A stretch of 64,000 bases of DNA from Camelus ferus (lineage: Eukaryota), in the NCBI RefSeq assembly GCF_009834535.1, contig NC_045696.1, positions 84,260,001 through 84,324,000 on the forward strand, given 5' to 3'. A program made the position numbers and the translations under genes. Below are positions 12,118 through 23,722 of this stretch, in pieces (position 1 is the stretch's first letter; every line of letters starts with the position of its first letter). The notes beneath the pieces are model-generated. The model was not told where the DNA came from. It was given only the letters and a program-made list of their open reading frames with translations, and made no database searches.

Positions 12118-12621
12118 TGTTGGTGAAGGATTAACAAAACCCTTTCCTCTTGTGTCTTAGCATTTGACCTTTAGTTAACTTTCTAGCTCTTTCCCTGGGA
12201 AACAGATAAAAGTCCTAATGTCAACTATGTTCCTAGGCAACACACTTAAGGTAAATATGGCTCCTGATGGGTAAATTACATCTAAACAGGGGGACTATAA
12301 ATACCTGGGGTAAGCCTCAGCTCCCTGAGCGCTGTGAGCTTTGTAACTGGCACATGTACTGGGGGGCTCTAGAAACCTGCAGATGGGGACTGACTCTGAT
12401 GGGACGTAAGGCTTCTAAACCAGGCATATCCCTCATCTGTCTGAGCCGTACTTACGCGTGAACTGCTGCAAGACTCCCACCAGAGAACAACTAATGCTGT
12501 CCCATTAGCAAACTGTTGTTCCTGTCCTTATCCTTCTGAGCAGACTGTTGCCGAGAGTGGTTTGATGACAGCCTGGTGTGTCTGAAAGTTTAGTTTACCC
12601 CGGCAGACTCCTTGGAGGACA
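12118..12621 (+). mobile_element. Probable solo LTR (family not assigned)
   Basis: TG...CA-bounded ~500-bp GC-richer block with central TATAAATA at 12296; no clear TSD. Confidence 0.5.
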
Positions 12622-12721
12622 TTACAGTGAAGTCTTTGATTAACCAAAATTTTAAAAAACAGAATGGTGGGATACCCAGAAGATAGATGAAGAACACTTG
12701 TAGAGGTATCATTGACAAGAA

Positions 12722-13590
12722 CTTTTTAAAAACGGTTTTATTAAGATATAACTCACATACTCTATAGTTCATCCACTCAAGTTATACAGGTCAATGGATT
12801 TTAGTATATTCACAGATAAATGCAACTATTACCACAGTTAATTTTAGAATATCACTTGGAAAGAAGCCTCATACCATTTTGTTACTACTCCCATCCCCCT
12901 CTTCTGTCCTCCCCCTAGCCCCCTGGTAACCAATAATCTATTTTCTGTGTCTATAGATTAGTTTATTCTAGACATTTAATGCAAATTGAGTCACACAATG
13001 TGTGGTCTTTTACGACTAGCTGCTTTTACTTAGTATAATATTGTCAAGGTTCGTCCATGTGTTGGCATGTATCAGTGCTTCATTTATTTACGGCCAAATA
13101 ACGTTCCATTGTATGGATATACCATACTTTGTTTATTCATTCATTGTTTGATGGGCATTTGGCTCTTTCTACCTTTTGGCTACTATGAATAATGCTGCTG
13201 TGAACATTCATGTACAGGTTTTGTGTTGGCATATATGTTTTAATTTCTCTTTGCTATATCTCTAGTAATGGAATTGCTTAGTCATACGGGAGCTCTAATT
13301 TCTAATTGAGGAACTGCCAAAGTGTTTTTTCAAAGCAGTTGCTCTATTTCACACTCCTGTCAACGGAGTCCGAGACTTCTGATTTCTCTGTGACTTAGCC
13401 AACACTTACTATCTCACTTTGTGATTCTCGTACCCTCATGGGCATGAAGTAGCATCTCACTGTGATTTTGATTTGCGTTTTCCTGATTACTAATTATGCT
13501 GGACATCTTTTCAATGTGCTTAATGGCCATTTTATATATTTCTTGGAGGAATGTTGATAAGGATTTTTGAGGAGACAGTTTCAAATTATG
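12722..13590 (-). mobile_element. L1 (L1MB-like) 3' region
   Basis: 'ttttattaagatataactcacatac...aataatgctgctgtgaacattcatgtacagg'; minus-strand ORF 13414-13596 resembles the L1 ORF2 C-terminal region. Confidence 0.85.
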
Positions 13591-14333
13591 GGTCATATTT
13601 TAAATATGGAACATTTTAATAGCTTTCACCAGTGAAACTACATCTGTGATGATATTTTTAGATACCAGAACTAAGAAAAGCTAGGGAAAGCAAAAAGACT
13701 ACATTTGAAAGGGGCATGGAAAAGAGAGAGTAGGGCTTCTATTACCACCAGTGAAAGGTTGGAAGAACATTAGTGGTTTAGAAGGTATATTACAGAATCA
13801 AGTGACAAGGTAACAGATACAGTGGAGAAAGGCAGATCCAGTGCAAAGGTTTAATGCAGAGGTGGCCCGAATCCATCTGACAGGGAAAGAAGGGTGTGTC
13901 TGTAATATATATGCTAAGGAAATCTTTAAGATAAAACTAATATATGCAAGCTCAGAAACTTGCAGAGATGTCGTGAGGATCAGATTAAATGACAACAAAT
14001 ATAAAAGTATTCTGCTTACAGCAGGTGCTCCATACACTAGGTTTTATTAGTCAAGATATAATATTTGTAGAAATTCAACACAGTTCCTACACCATCTAAA
14101 TTTAGAACCTTGAAACCAAAGTATGTTAATGATGATGAGTCTAAAGAATTAATGAAATGGTTACTTTTGGTTTTAGTGATGTTTCTAAAAATATTATAGT
14201 AATATATATTTTGGAAGGTTTTTGTGAAAATAGAGTGAGGTAAAAGTTTAGAGAAATACAGACTTCCTCCTTATCCAAATGGAGAATAATAGAATCTCAA
14301 TATTAGAGGGGAACATAAAGATTGGTCTAAAAA

Positions 14334-14855
14334 CCTGTGACTTGTTTCTAGCCAGTAGAACATGACAAAGGTGAAGGGGTTTTGCAGATGTAATTAAGGT
14401 TCCAAATCAGCTGATTTCGAGTTATCCCAGGAGAGCTGATTTGGGGTGGGCCTGGCCCAATCAGATGACAGCTCTTAAGAGGGAACCTGAGACCCTCCCT
14501 GAGGCCAGAGAGACCCTCTTACTGGCCTTGCAGAAGTAACCTGTCCTGTAGTGAGAGGGTCAGGGAGAAGACCACATGGCAAGAAAGTGTGGGCAGCCTC
14601 TAGGAGCTGAAAGCAGCCCTGGGGCTGGCAGCCAGCAAGAAAACTGGAACCTCAGTCCTTTAGCTTCAGGAACTGAATTCTGCCAACAACCTTGTGAGCT
14701 TGGAAGAAAACACTTAATTCAGGAAGGAATGCAGCCTAGCCAGCACTTTGACTGCAGCCTTCTGAGACCCTGAGCAGAGCATCCAGTTAAGCTGGACCTA
14801 GACTCTGACCCAGTGGAGACCATGAGGTAATAAATGTGTATTGTTTAAAAAAAAA
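14334..14855 (+). mobile_element. MaLR LTR (MLT1D/E-like), 5'-truncated and ending in poly(A)
   Basis: 'ttttgcagatgtaattaaggt', 'gggcagcctctaggagctgaaagcagccc', 'aggaactgaattctgccaacaacc'; AATAAA at 14829, A9 at 14847-14855. Confidence 0.85.
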
Positions 14856-17800
14856 GATCATTAGTCTAACCACATGGCTGAACCTTTAATCAATCACACT
14901 GATGCTGGTTATTTGAGGAGTCTTTATAATTTGCAGGTGCTATAGATTTTTTGTGGAGTCTAATAAATTTTACAGTAGTTTTTTAGTTTGTGTTTTTTAT
15001 TATATTTTAGGTTCCTTGGTCTTTCTGGGATAAAAATTGTCTGACTGTGATGTAACAGCATTACTATATATAAAAAACAAATATGTCAGGTTATTGATTG
15101 TTATTTATTAGTGAGTTTATTCTGTTATGCCTAAAAATCTGTTTTTCAAAGCATCACATATAAAATCACTTGTTCCTCATGTAACTCAAATATGAGTAAT
15201 TGCTGAAAGCAGCTAACTCATCTGGATGCATTATACATGTAATATTAGTTGAAAACAATAGTAAGTACTTGCTAAAATAATTAATATAGTGTATAATTAT
15301 ATGGCATCAAAACTGCAAATAGAAAGCAGACTGCAGGTGTGAATTTCCTACATGGTTTTCTTGCTGCTATTCTGGCACACTTTTAAGATTGCTCTCTGAA
15401 TAGAATTTTTAATGTAATGAAATTTGAAAGGCACAATTATTTAGACTGAGATCACATTTTGTTATTTTTCTTAATACCAAGTGATTTAAAGTTTTTTGAC
15501 AGTATCTTACCTTCTGTGCTATTACATTTATATGCTATATTATCTTATTTTTAGTTTAACTGCATTAGGTGTGTTTATTTCATTATTCTCACATGTCACT
15601 TTATGATAGTACTAAATATTGAGTCCAGATTAGTTTTATTTGACACTTACTGTCTATTGAATAGTAAACTGAATTTCTAATCAGGGGCATGTGTCCAGGT
15701 CCTTGTTCATTTTTATTATCTCTTTCTGTGTCAAGAAGGAATAATAATACATAAACCTTTGATTAATAAAAACCCGTGGCTTCCATTAGGCCTTTAGAGG
15801 AAAGGTAAATCTAAGCGTCCTTTAAGTTTTACTTGAAGTTATACTGAAATAGTGCTGGAATAAGCAATAAACTTCAATCAAGAATTTCACACTTCCAGGA
15901 TTTGCTTACAATAAGTAGGTTTTTTTGGTATATATTTTTATCCTACTCATGCAAATTTCATATCTGTTTTTAGAAACATGATGAGAACTGGATTTAAAAC
16001 ATGATTCTGTTGTGAGCGCCCCTGTTGCAGTTTTCTTTCACCCTGTAAATATTTAGTTTTCTCCTGTTTCTTCATGTATTTATATGGGGACTTACACTCA
16101 AATTCTGTTCTTCTTTCTGGTGTCTGCTATACAGAAATTCCTGCCTTTCGTTTCTCCACCTTTCAGCTGGCCTGAAGGTTAACTTTTTTCTTTCTTCTGT
16201 TTGATCCTACTGGTGATAAAAGCTTTGGTTAAGTCATTTATGGATATCATTTATTTCAGCTTTCATAGAAAATTCAGAGTTGACCCTATGGTAAAGCCTT
16301 CTTAAGAGAACAAATTTGTACTAAGACTATCTGTCAGGATGGATTCATCAGAAAAGTAAAATAACAGTTTGCTCTGAGAGTAGACAGTATCTTTTAATAG
16401 TGTGAAAAAATTGAGAGATGAAGGCTTCTCTTTTTCATTCTTACTTAATGGGTTAGGTTCAAAATTATGTACTTTTATAAATAAATCCTTTTTACTTTGC
16501 AAAGATATTTTTACTAGGTGGAAATTTAACGGGCTCATTGCATCTTGTCACAGATACATGATAATTTGCGAAATGTATCTGCTTGGTGTCGTGTTAGTAT
16601 TCTTTCTTTTCTATGTCGCTCCACACGAGATTCAAATGATTTGCTATTGTCAGTTTTAGATAACAGGATCCTTGTACTATCATCGTGCACCGTGTTTAAT
16701 GCAACTATAAATAGAAATATGCTAGCAAAATCATCTGTGGAGGCTTCTTCGGATAAATAAATCTAGAGCGAATATTTTGATGATTTTTAATAAAAAGTTT
16801 ACTTTACTATAAATTAAAGCATAATTTTTCAGTGTACATATGTTACTATCATAACACAGTATATGATTTTTGAAAAACTTCCCATTCTGGACAATCCCAT
16901 ACTTAACTAACAGGGCTTCAGGAAAAATTAGGGTTAGAGGAAGGCCACTCAGATCCTGTGGCGTCTTGTAATCAGAGCCCTAACAAAAGCAGTTACCCAT
17001 CCTTATAAAACCGCTAACACATGTACCTTGAGGACCTGGGCTTCCTTCTCTGTGATGTAGGTCCTGGAAGCAATTCACTTTTAATGAGATCACTTTTGTC
17101 AAGATGAAAACTCTGAATCAAACTGTTGCTTCTTTTATTAATCCATTGTTTTAAATCAGAGAAAGCTTCTTTGTAACTTCTTTACCTGCATTCACATTTT
17201 TTCCAGGTAGCTTAACTTAGTGAAATGTATGGTTGTTAAGACTGTTAAAATAGTCTTATTTGCACTGTGGGGAGGCTTTTTTTTTTTTTTTTTAAATAGA
17301 TTTTCAGCTTTTTTCCTAAGGTTTTCGTATATTACTAAGATTTTGGCTTTAATTGTGAGATAGCTTGCCCTCGATTGCCTCAAAACAGTAATGTGCTGGA
17401 AAAGAAAAACTTAAGAATCAATTAAACTCCACAGCTATACTGACATCATTCCTCTGTTTACCAACTGCATATGAGGTAATTCACATCAAGGAAATCAGAA
17501 CAAACTGTACTTGGGAAAATATTCTCAGTATGGAAGTAAAGTGTTTTCTGAAAAACCACGCCAAAAAGCCCTACGTATATACGTATATATTCATTTTCAA
17601 AAAGTTCCGTTAGGGCATAATTTGACCTTCCTGAAATGAGTTTTATAATTAAGTGCTATATGAGCCCAGCAGAGTTCAACAATCAGTTCTGTGTATGAGT
17701 AACCATTTTTTCTGTGTATATGTACATCCTTACCTCAGTTGTCTCTTTGCCTAGCAAAAACAAATGAAATAACAGAACTCTTCTTCAGAAATTAGAATTT

Positions 17801-19699
17801 TCACTTTTTAATACAAGGCTGTGGGTTGCCATAAATCTCTTCTAAAATTTTGCAGCTGGAAAATCAGTGAAAATTAGCACCATGAAAAGAGACATTCAGC
17901 ATTTCCCCCCACCAAACTTACAAAGTAACAGAGGTCTAAGTTATGTGTGAACTTCTTTGAGCTGGAACTTCTGGCATAAGGAGGCATGGCTATATCAACA
18001 TGATCATTAATATGTATTGCTGGATACCGGGATTTGGGGTGATGAAGGCAGTTAGAGTTTTGAAGCACTGACACTACCATAAAGTCTATCATTTTTCTAA
18101 CTAAACTAAAGCTTTTACTCTTGGACCTTAACTTCTATAAGGTGCATCCGTTCTAAAATGCTATAAAATATCAACCGTCTTTACTTTGATTAATGATACA
18201 TTGTCAGAGTGATGAATTCTTCCAGAGTGTAATTTGAAAGATAATATCATTCTAGGGAGAAAAAAAAAAGTTCAGGTGAGAGTTTAGAACAGTAACCAGA
18301 TGAAATCCTACTATCATGCAGTGGAGTGAAGGATGTGGGGAATCTAGAAATGCTGGCAGTAAATCACGGTTTTTGGCTTTAGTTTAAGCTTCCATCCTGC
18401 AGTGAGATATATGATTTACTCTGTGCCCTGAAGGCTGTTTTGGTTTGATTTTTTAAACATTTTCAGCATGTGGAGAAGTTGTACAGGTAATTTTATTCAA
18501 TTTCAGTCCCCTCCGCCTCCTGTTACAACCCATTAGTACTGCTATATGTCAATTTTCATGTTTAGAAGATATTTGAGTTTTGAAATTGGAGAATATCTTA
18601 TTAATAGATTCCATATCATGTTATGATACTGTTAACTATTATTCATAGTTATCTATTTTAAATGTTTTATAAAAACAAAACCTTTACATTCTTGGTCATT
18701 GGCTACTTATTTCTCAAAGTGACAGTTGTTTTATTATTTAGTTCATATGTTTTGTGTTGCAAATCTAGATGTGTCCTTCTAAGCAGAGACAAAAAGCTGC
18801 AGGGATATATGCCAAAGTGTTGATGGTGGTCACCCCTGTAAAGGGTACAATTCATAAATTGCAAGGAGCCTCTATTTCTTCCTTTTTAGTGTGGTGGCAT
18901 TATGATTTATTTTTACTAGGTTTCTGTAATTTTAAAAAATGTTGTTAATGTGGTTAATTTAAGGCTAGGTCTGTGTTACTGTTCCTCAGTGGGTATCTCT
19001 TGAGTGTGAGAAGGACCTTTTCTTCTTGAGCTGTACCATTCATCCCACTTTGGAATATTCGTTAAGCCTGGTTATCACCCATTAAATGTCGGTAATGCTG
19101 TCCAGTGATTGTGAAGACCCAAAACACTTCCCCTATTTTCAGTCTCCTTGCCCTAGATGGGAAGCACTGATCTCTGTATAAGTTGGGCCTCTTTACGCTA
19201 GCTTGAGCAAAAAGAATTTTTTCTTGTTATTGAAGGCCATGCAGATGTCTCATTGTATGGCAGTAGGGCTGTTGTAGCTGAGTCTTGGTAAGAACCCAGG
19301 AACAGAAATTAGACATTGTCGAGAGCCCAGGAAGACTCCTTCTTCCACTTTTATTATTTTTTTCTATGTGTCTACTTTATTTTTTTTCTTGTAATTGGCA
19401 AATTATGAAGATACATAACAGAGGATCAGTGACAGACCAAATGTTGCTTTCTTGATTCCAAATTAAATCCTCGTGAGCTCACTTGTCCTATGACCTGTGG
19501 CCCAGAGGGTAGAAGTATATTGAGAAATTATGTCTTCCGTGGTGGGGCTGGTGAGGATGAGCTCTGTTGTGGGTCAGGGAGAAATTACGATGGAAGGGGA
19601 CATTACTAGAAACTGAACATTCCCCCTAATACAAGTCTCTGCTGCAGTCAGCCAAGTGATGCAGGAAGCTACTTGCCTACTGACTTATTTTTCAGTCCA

Positions 19700-21290
19700 A
19701 ATTTCTTTTATTGAGGTTTCATTTACATACTCTGAAATTCACATTGTAACTATACAATTCAATTAAATTTACAAACCTGTGCAGTAGTCACCACAACTGA
19801 GTTTTAGAACCAAAATTTTCCTGGTGCTTTTTTGCAGTCAACCCTTGTTCCCACTTCTAGCCCTGGGCAACCACTGGTCTGTTCTCTGTTGCTATAGATT
19901 TCTTTTCTAGAAATTTCATAAAAATGGAATCATTCATATGCAGTCTTTTGTGTCTGAGTTCTTTTCACTTAAGGTTTCTGAGGTCCTTCCAGTGTTTCAT
20001 GTTCTTTGTAGTAGTTCATTCCTTTTTAATGCTGAATAATATTCTGTTGTATGAATATGTCATATTTTGTTTATTTAGTCATCAATTGATGGACATAATG
20101 ATTGTTTAGACTTTTGGCTGTTAGAATAATGATACTATGAATATTCATGTACAGGTGTTTTTTTGCAGACTTATAATTTTATTGCTCTCCTGTACATATC
20201 TTGTAGTGGAATTGTTGAGTCCCAAGTTTTGTTAACTATTCAAGAAACTATTCAAGACACTTCCAAAGTGTCTGTATCATTTTACATTTCTCACCAGCAA
20301 CATAAGAGGGTTTCATCTTCTCCACATTTTTGCCCAAGCTTGGTACTGTCATTCCTTTGCATTAGAGTTGTTTTGCTATGTGTGTAATGCTATGTCAGTG
20401 TGGTTCCAATTTGCATTTCTCTAGTTGAATGATGTTGCACACCTTTTCATTTGCTTGTTAACCTTTTATATATCTTTGGTGAAATATTTATTCATATCTT
20501 TTGACCATTTTAAAACTGGGTTATTTGTCTTTGTGTTATTGATGTTTAAGAGTTCTTTATGTATGCTGGATGTGTCTTTTTATCAGATATATGATTTGCA
20601 GATATTTTGAAAAAAGACTTTATTTTTAAAGCAAATTTTAAAGTTCAAATTCTAGGTCTTTTACATTTGCATATACGTTTTAGAATAAGATGATCAATTT
20701 TAGGATAAGATTGTCAATGACTACCAAAAACCTCCTAAACAAACACAAAACCTGATGGGATTTTGTTATAGAATGCATCACATTCTCAGGACAATTTTGT
20801 TCTGACAAAGCTTTGATATATCACTTATTTCTTCTATGGATCATGTTTTAAGTGTCATCTTTAAAAATTTTGCCTGATCCAAAGTCCTAAAGATTTCCCC
20901 TATATTTTCTTTTATAAAATGTATAGTTTTAGCCCTTGAATTTAGGTCTGTGATACATTTTATTTTGTATATGGTGTGAGGTATGTGTCTGTCAGTTCAT
21001 ATTTATGCATGTGGCCATCTAATTGTCCCAGCGCTATTTGTTAAAAAGACCATTATTTCCCACTGAATTGCTTTGACATCTTTGTTAAAAATCATTTGAA
21101 CATAAGGTCTTACTCCCGGTCTCCACATTCCGTTCTTTTGCTCTGTGTACCTAGCTTTATGCCAATACTACATTGTCTTGATTACTGTAGCTTTGTAAGA
21201 AATTTTGAGATCAGTTGGTAAAGATTCTCCAATTTTGTTCTTCTGTTTAAAATTATTTTGGCTATTTTAGTTCCTCTACATTCCATATAC
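19700..21290 (-). mobile_element. Old L1 (L1MB/MC-like) 3' UTR and ORF2 C-terminal fragments
   Basis: 'ttttattgaggtttcatttacatac...', 'gtggttccaatttgcatttctct', 'tatgccaatactacattgtcttgattactgtagcttt'. Confidence 0.8.
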
Positions 21291-21295
21291 ATTCA

Positions 21296-21790
21296 ATTTT
21301 TTTTAATTGTGGTAAAATATACATGACATAAATTCTACCATCTGAATCATTATTAAGTGTGTGGTTTGGTATGTTCACATTTTTCTACAGTCTATCTCCA
21401 GAACTTTTTTATCTTGCAAAACTGAAACTTCATACCATTGAACAACAATGTACTTTGTTTCTATGAATCTGAGTACTCTAGGTACCTAATGTAAGTGTGG
21501 TCATACAGCATTTGTCTTTTGGTAACTGGCTTATTCCATTTAGCATATTTTTCTCAGGGTTAATCTATGTTGTGGCATGTCAGTTTCCTTCTTTTTTAAG
21601 GTTAAAGAATATTTCACTGTATGCATATACCACATTTTGTTTATCCAGTCGTCCACTGATGGACACTTGCATTGTTTCTACCTCTTGGCCATTGTGAAAA
21701 ATGCTGCTATGAACATGGGTATGAAAATATCTCTTTGAGACCCTGCTTTCAATTATTTTGGGTATACACCCAGAAATGGAACTACTGGAT
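21296..21790 (-). mobile_element. Nested L1 (L1MB-like) 3' end
   Basis: New T-tract, then 'aattgtggtaaaatatacatgacataaa...gggtatacacccagaaatggaactactggat'. Confidence 0.8.
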
Positions 21791-21799
21791 TATTTTTTT

Positions 21800-22750
21800 C
21801 AGATGTAAAGTCAGCTTGTTATTCATACTGATGCACACTTATGTGTGATGAATCCTTTTTCTCTTGTTCTTTTCATGTTTTTCTGCTTGTCTTTGGCTTT
21901 TTGTAGATTGATTATGATATGTCTTGGTATGGATCTCCTTGTGTTTATCTTTCTTGGGGCTTGTTGAGCTTCTTGGGACGTTTGAAGTAATAATTTTCAT
22001 CAAATATGAGAAGTTTGGGCCCATTATTTCTTCATATTTCTATGCCCATTTCTTTCCCTCTGATACTTCCACTAAATATATATTGGATGGTTATGCCATC
22101 CCATAAGTCTCTAAGGCTTTGTTCATATTTTAAAAAACTTTTACATTTTGCTTTTCAAATTAGATGATCTATCTTGGTCTGCCTTCAAGTTCCTGGAATC
22201 TTCTTTCCTTCATTTCAAATCTATTGTTAGCTTATATATGTCATACTCAAGAATTCCTATTTGTTGTGTGTGTGTGTGATTTTCATTTTTTAATCAGCTC
22301 TTATATAGCCCTCATTTTCAGAATCATCCATTTAGGTGTTTGGGTGGTCCACTACTCATCCCCACTGGGGCCAAAACCTCAGTCTGTCAGAGCTGTAGTT
22401 TTTCCTCATTCATTTATAACCAAATTTTCTAGTTCATTGATAATGCCAGTGCAACTCCAAGATTTTGCTCTCCACTGGGAATCAAACATACTCCCTGTTC
22501 AGCAAGGCCAGTCACTTTAGTAATATTGACAAACTTGGGAAGGGACATTTAAGAAAGGAGCAGCCCTATCCATACTCTCTTGTTGTTCTTCACGAATTTC
22601 AGAGTATTTCTTCTTGAATAAATGTTTCTTGTTTGCTTTTGGTTGATTTCCAGAGCCCTGAAATAGTTTTTAACAATTTATTATTTGACATTGTTTTATG
22701 GCAACAGAGTATTTTACTGACCTCTTCATTGTACCATAGTCAGAAGTCCA
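21800..22750 (-). mobile_element. Old L1 ORF1/5' region fragments
   Basis: Minus-strand ORF 21839-22024 shows frameshifted ORF1-like text (PNFSYLMK...); 'atatgagaagtttgggcccattatttcttca' is a typical L1 ORF1 antisense string. Confidence 0.6.
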
Positions 22751-22849
22751 TTGAATTTGGTAGGAATTCTGTTTTCCAGATATTTAGACTATTTCTCTTA
22801 TTTGCATAGAAATAGTATACTATTGTGATCTAGATAAAATGATAGCAAT

Positions 22850-23000
22850 CATTTGAATGCACTATTTTCTGTCATCACTCTGCTAGGTGTTTTTCATAAA
22901 AGATATGTATTCTTCACAATAGCCCTGCAAGGTAGAGATTATCTTTACTTTACAGGTACAAACATTTAGCCTTAGAGAAAGGTAAATGATTTGCCCTTTT
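22850..23000 (-). mobile_element. MIR SINE
   Basis: 'tcttcacaatagccctgcaaggtagagattatctttactttacagg...agaaaggtaaatgatttgccc'. Confidence 0.7.
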
Positions 23001-23384
23001 GTGCTATTATTAATAGTGCCATTGATTTTGCCTGTGTTGACATTGACTCAAATAGCTTGGGTATAAAGAAGGAATGTTCAAATGGAAATTTTACTCATTT
23101 TTATCTTAGTTAAATCAATTAAATTAAATTCAGCCAACATTTCTTAAGTACCTAATCAGCATCAAACAATGTTCTAGCTGCAAAATGTGAAGGATGGGGC
23201 TGCAGGGAGGATAATTGAAAGAAGATGATATTATATGTATATGTAGATATATAAAGTATACTTGGTATACAGGGCAGAATAAGATATGGTCCCCTCTCTC
23301 AGGGAATCAAGGAATTCATCATCACAAGAGAGAAGACAGATATATTCAAACAACTGTAATACAACTGACTGATAAGTGTTCTAA

Positions 23385-23550
23385 CACAATGGTTCTCAAA
23401 CCTTAATGTTCATTCAAATTATATCTAAAACTGCAAATTTTGATTCAGTAAGTCTGAGTGGGACCTAAGATTTTGTATTTTTAGCACATTTTCAGATGAT
23501 AGTGATACTGCTGATATATGGATCACACATGAAGAGCAAAATTCTAGCAT
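23385..23550. mobile_element. MER5-like DNA transposon
   Basis: 'caatggttctcaaacctt...tgattcagtaagtctgagtgggacctaaga'. Confidence 0.7.
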
Positions 23551-23587
23551 CGATATAAGCTGAGAGTCAAAAGCACACAGAAAGAAA

Positions 23588-23662
23588 TCTATATCTATAT
23601 CTGTCTATTTTTATATCTATCTATCTGTCTGTCTATCTATCTATCTATCTATCTATCTATAT
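23588..23662. repeat. Compound (TATC)n/(TATATC)n microsatellite
   Basis: Directly visible. Confidence 0.9.
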
Positions 23663-23722
23663 CTGCTGTGGTTAGATGAGGAAGAAAACTTCCTCTCAGA
23701 AGGATTAAACAATTTGCTCTTG

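Noticed and set aside
17572..17585. Perfect palindrome TACGTATATACGTA
   Set aside because: Short AT-rich by-product of an 8-bp tandem duplication; no supporting context.
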